Assembly: GCF_018977255.1 (NCBI RefSeq)
Contig: NW_024704742.1
Coordinates: 134,418,001-134,482,000, forward strand
Direction: 5' to 3'
DNA from: Callorhinchus milii
Lineage: Eukaryota
Length of the DNA: 64,000 bases
Part shown: in pieces, positions 62,126 to 64,000 of the stretch
Position numbering within the stretch: the stretch's first letter is position 1
Layout of the letters: each line of letters opens with the position of its first letter
The notes under the pieces: model-generated
Databases searched by the model: none
What the model saw: only the letters and a program-made list of their open reading frames with translations
What the model was told of the DNA's origin: nothing
Program-made: the position numbers and the translations under genes

Positions 62126-62689
62126 GTGTGTTTGCTGTGCGAGCAGCAGCTTCTACACTATAAACAAATTCACACATCCAGATATTCACATTATGTGAAC
62201 GGCCATCTTCAGATACGTAGGGCAATCATTGTAGGTAAGGGAAATAGGAGGTTGTGGGCTCCATTGGAGTATCTACCCTGGTGTGGAATAGTTGGGCTAA
62301 ATAGTTTGTTTCTAATCTGCACTAATGCACTATTGGAGGGGGGGTGGGGGTGGGTAACAGGAGGGAAAATGATAAGAGAAATGTATGGCATCTCAGGGGG
62401 GTCAGGGGCTCTGGTGTTTCGAAAAGAGATGTCAAATGGCAAGCAAGTCAGACCCTTCTTATTCATGGATCAATAGAAATGGATTAAAAGATCTCCAATA
62501 AGTCAGGGTTGTTGAACGATTTCTATTAAGGGAGAAGAGATGGGTATTGTTTGATCGTGGCAGAGCACTCACGCACGCATGCACTCACACACACTGTTTG
62601 CTTTACTACATCACAAGTTTATAATGAGAGCAGATTAGCTGATCATTATAACAAGGGGCCTTTTCACTCAAGGAAAACTTCAAAGATAT

Positions 62690-63240
62690 GCAAAGCACGG
62701 AAACAGGTCACTCAGCCCAACCTGTCCATGCTGGTGTTTATACTCCACACGAGTCTCTACCCATTCCTTACTCCCTCCCTTACCCTTCAATTCCCCGCTC
62801 CCTCATGTGAAAGTCTAGCTTCCTCTTAAATACATCTACACTATCTGATTCAACCACTGCTTCAGGTAGTGAGTTCCAGAGTCTCACCATCCTCTGCATG
62901 AAATAAACTCTCCTAAATTCGCTTTTAGATCCCCTAGTCATGATCTCATACCTGTGTCTCCTGGTTACAAGTCCCCAACCTATTGATTAACCTTATCAAA
63001 CCCAATTATAATTTTTTAAACTCCTCTATTAGGTCGTCTCTTAAATGTCTCTTCTCTAGTGAAAAAAAATCTAGCTTATCCAGTCTATCCTGATAGCCAT
63101 AACCTGCCAGGCCTGGTATCATCCTAGTAAATCTACTCTGTAGAGTATTTCCATCACTGCCATATCCTTCTTAGTGGTGTGGAGCCCAGAATTGACACAG
63201 TACTCCAAGTGTGGTCTCACCAAGGTCTTGTACAAACTAA
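62690..63240 (-). mobile_element. Old CR1 LINE 3' fragment
   Basis: Minus strand encodes LYKTLVRPHLEYCV..W.P-like sequence, followed by a CR1-type 3' UTR. Confidence 0.75.
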
Positions 63241-63327
63241 CCAAGATTTTCACTTTACAGCGAATTAAATACTGGACTATTCAGTTTATTTATAGTTTGT
63301 GTGTGTGTGTGTAAACTCTTTACTTAC

Positions 63328-63366
63328 CCGGAAATAAAATTCTTCATTCCATTTTGGATTCAGTGT
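63328..63366 (-). CDS. NEDD4L: NEDD4L C2-domain exon (39 nt, TLNPKWNEEFYFR)
   Basis: Minus strand reads ttttcag|ACACTGAATCCAAAATGGAATGAAGAATTTTATTTCCGG|gtaagt, phase 0/0. Peptide matches NEDD4L as I recall it (NEDD4 has SLNPKWNEEILFR). Confidence 0.95.
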
Positions 63367-63794
63367 CTGAAAAACAAAATTATTTCCGTCAGTTAAAAAC
63401 CACACAATCGCCAATGGTCACCTCTTCCCATCCCCCTAGCTCGGCATCAGGCTCCGCCTCTGAAACATTTGTCTGCCCGAGGGGTGCTATATAAACGCAA
63501 GTCGTTGTTGTTGTTTAACATGAAGACTTCAGGCATCTCTTCACAAACTTGGTACCGTTATGATCTGGCTGCTGTATATGCAAACACAAGGCGAGACCTA
63601 AGCTTAGCCATTTTATTAGTTCTCTTTCCCCATTTACTTCTTTATTTTAAGCACTCGGCGTCCCTTGAAATTAAATCACTACGATCCATATAGCCCAGCA
63701 TCTTCCTGCATCGTAGAATTAATATAAATAATCTTTATATTTAATGTTTCATGTCGGGAAGACATCTCAAAGTGCTTCACAGGATGCGAAGGAA

Positions 63795-64000
63795 CAACAA
63801 ATTGCATTTATATAGCGCCACTCATGCAGGGTAGCTTCCCAGCTTGACAGTGGTAGAGAACAACAGCAAGTTAGGGAGCGGTGGAGGTGACCGTAGGCAT
63901 GCTCGAATAGGAAGAACATCAACCATGACCTGAAGATGGGGAAGAAGGGGGAAAAGCGGAAGGATAGAGGAAGAGTGTTCCAGAGATAAGGCACATGCAA
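63795..64000 (-). mobile_element. L2 3' end fragment
   Basis: LWNTLP peptide; similar to 620-800. Confidence 0.75.

Noticed and set aside
2876..63366. Assignment of the gene as NEDD4 rather than NEDD4L
   Set aside because: TLNPKWNEEFYFR, VPL.HLP, FKDFLLRPR and the FIPQLL block all favour NEDD4L; only ENP.LER is NEDD4-like.
1..64000. CRISPR arrays, operons, rRNA genes or intact autonomous transposons
   Set aside because: None seen; all RT-coding pieces are truncated and disrupted, and the repeats are dispersed retroposons.

Overview
Vertebrate genomic DNA from a cartilaginous fish. The repeat content (tRNA-Ala-headed SINEs with (ATT)n tails, SacSINE1/Deu-domain SINEs, CR1, L2, a shark-type Penelope end) suggests a chimaera/holocephalan; that is my recall of these families, not a database result. 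The whole window lies inside NEDD4L (HECT E3 ligase) on the minus strand. I find four small GT-AG C2-domain exons (63328-63366, 61471-61524, 13847-13897, 2876-2937). Inside the ~47.6 kb intron there is a CpG-island alternative first coding exon (ATG 52727, donor after 51873, 285 codons) that would give an isoform lacking most of the C2 domain. The rest is intron, densely filled with truncated and nested retroposons, and most other ORFs in the track are repeat-derived noise. I see no clearly new multi-gene system. The best leads are: a PPxY motif and 14-3-3/PKA sites in the alternative N-terminus; Leu (TTG) at the position of the mammalian delta-C2 start Met; a sense-strand minimal hammerhead ribozyme from a Penelope element; a SINE whose internal motif complements its own tail and attracts antisense insertion; an unclassified ~0.6 kb repeat that can be rebuilt from fragments; and several fold-back or templated inverted insertions. 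Repeat boundaries are read by eye and approximate; exon boundaries are exact.
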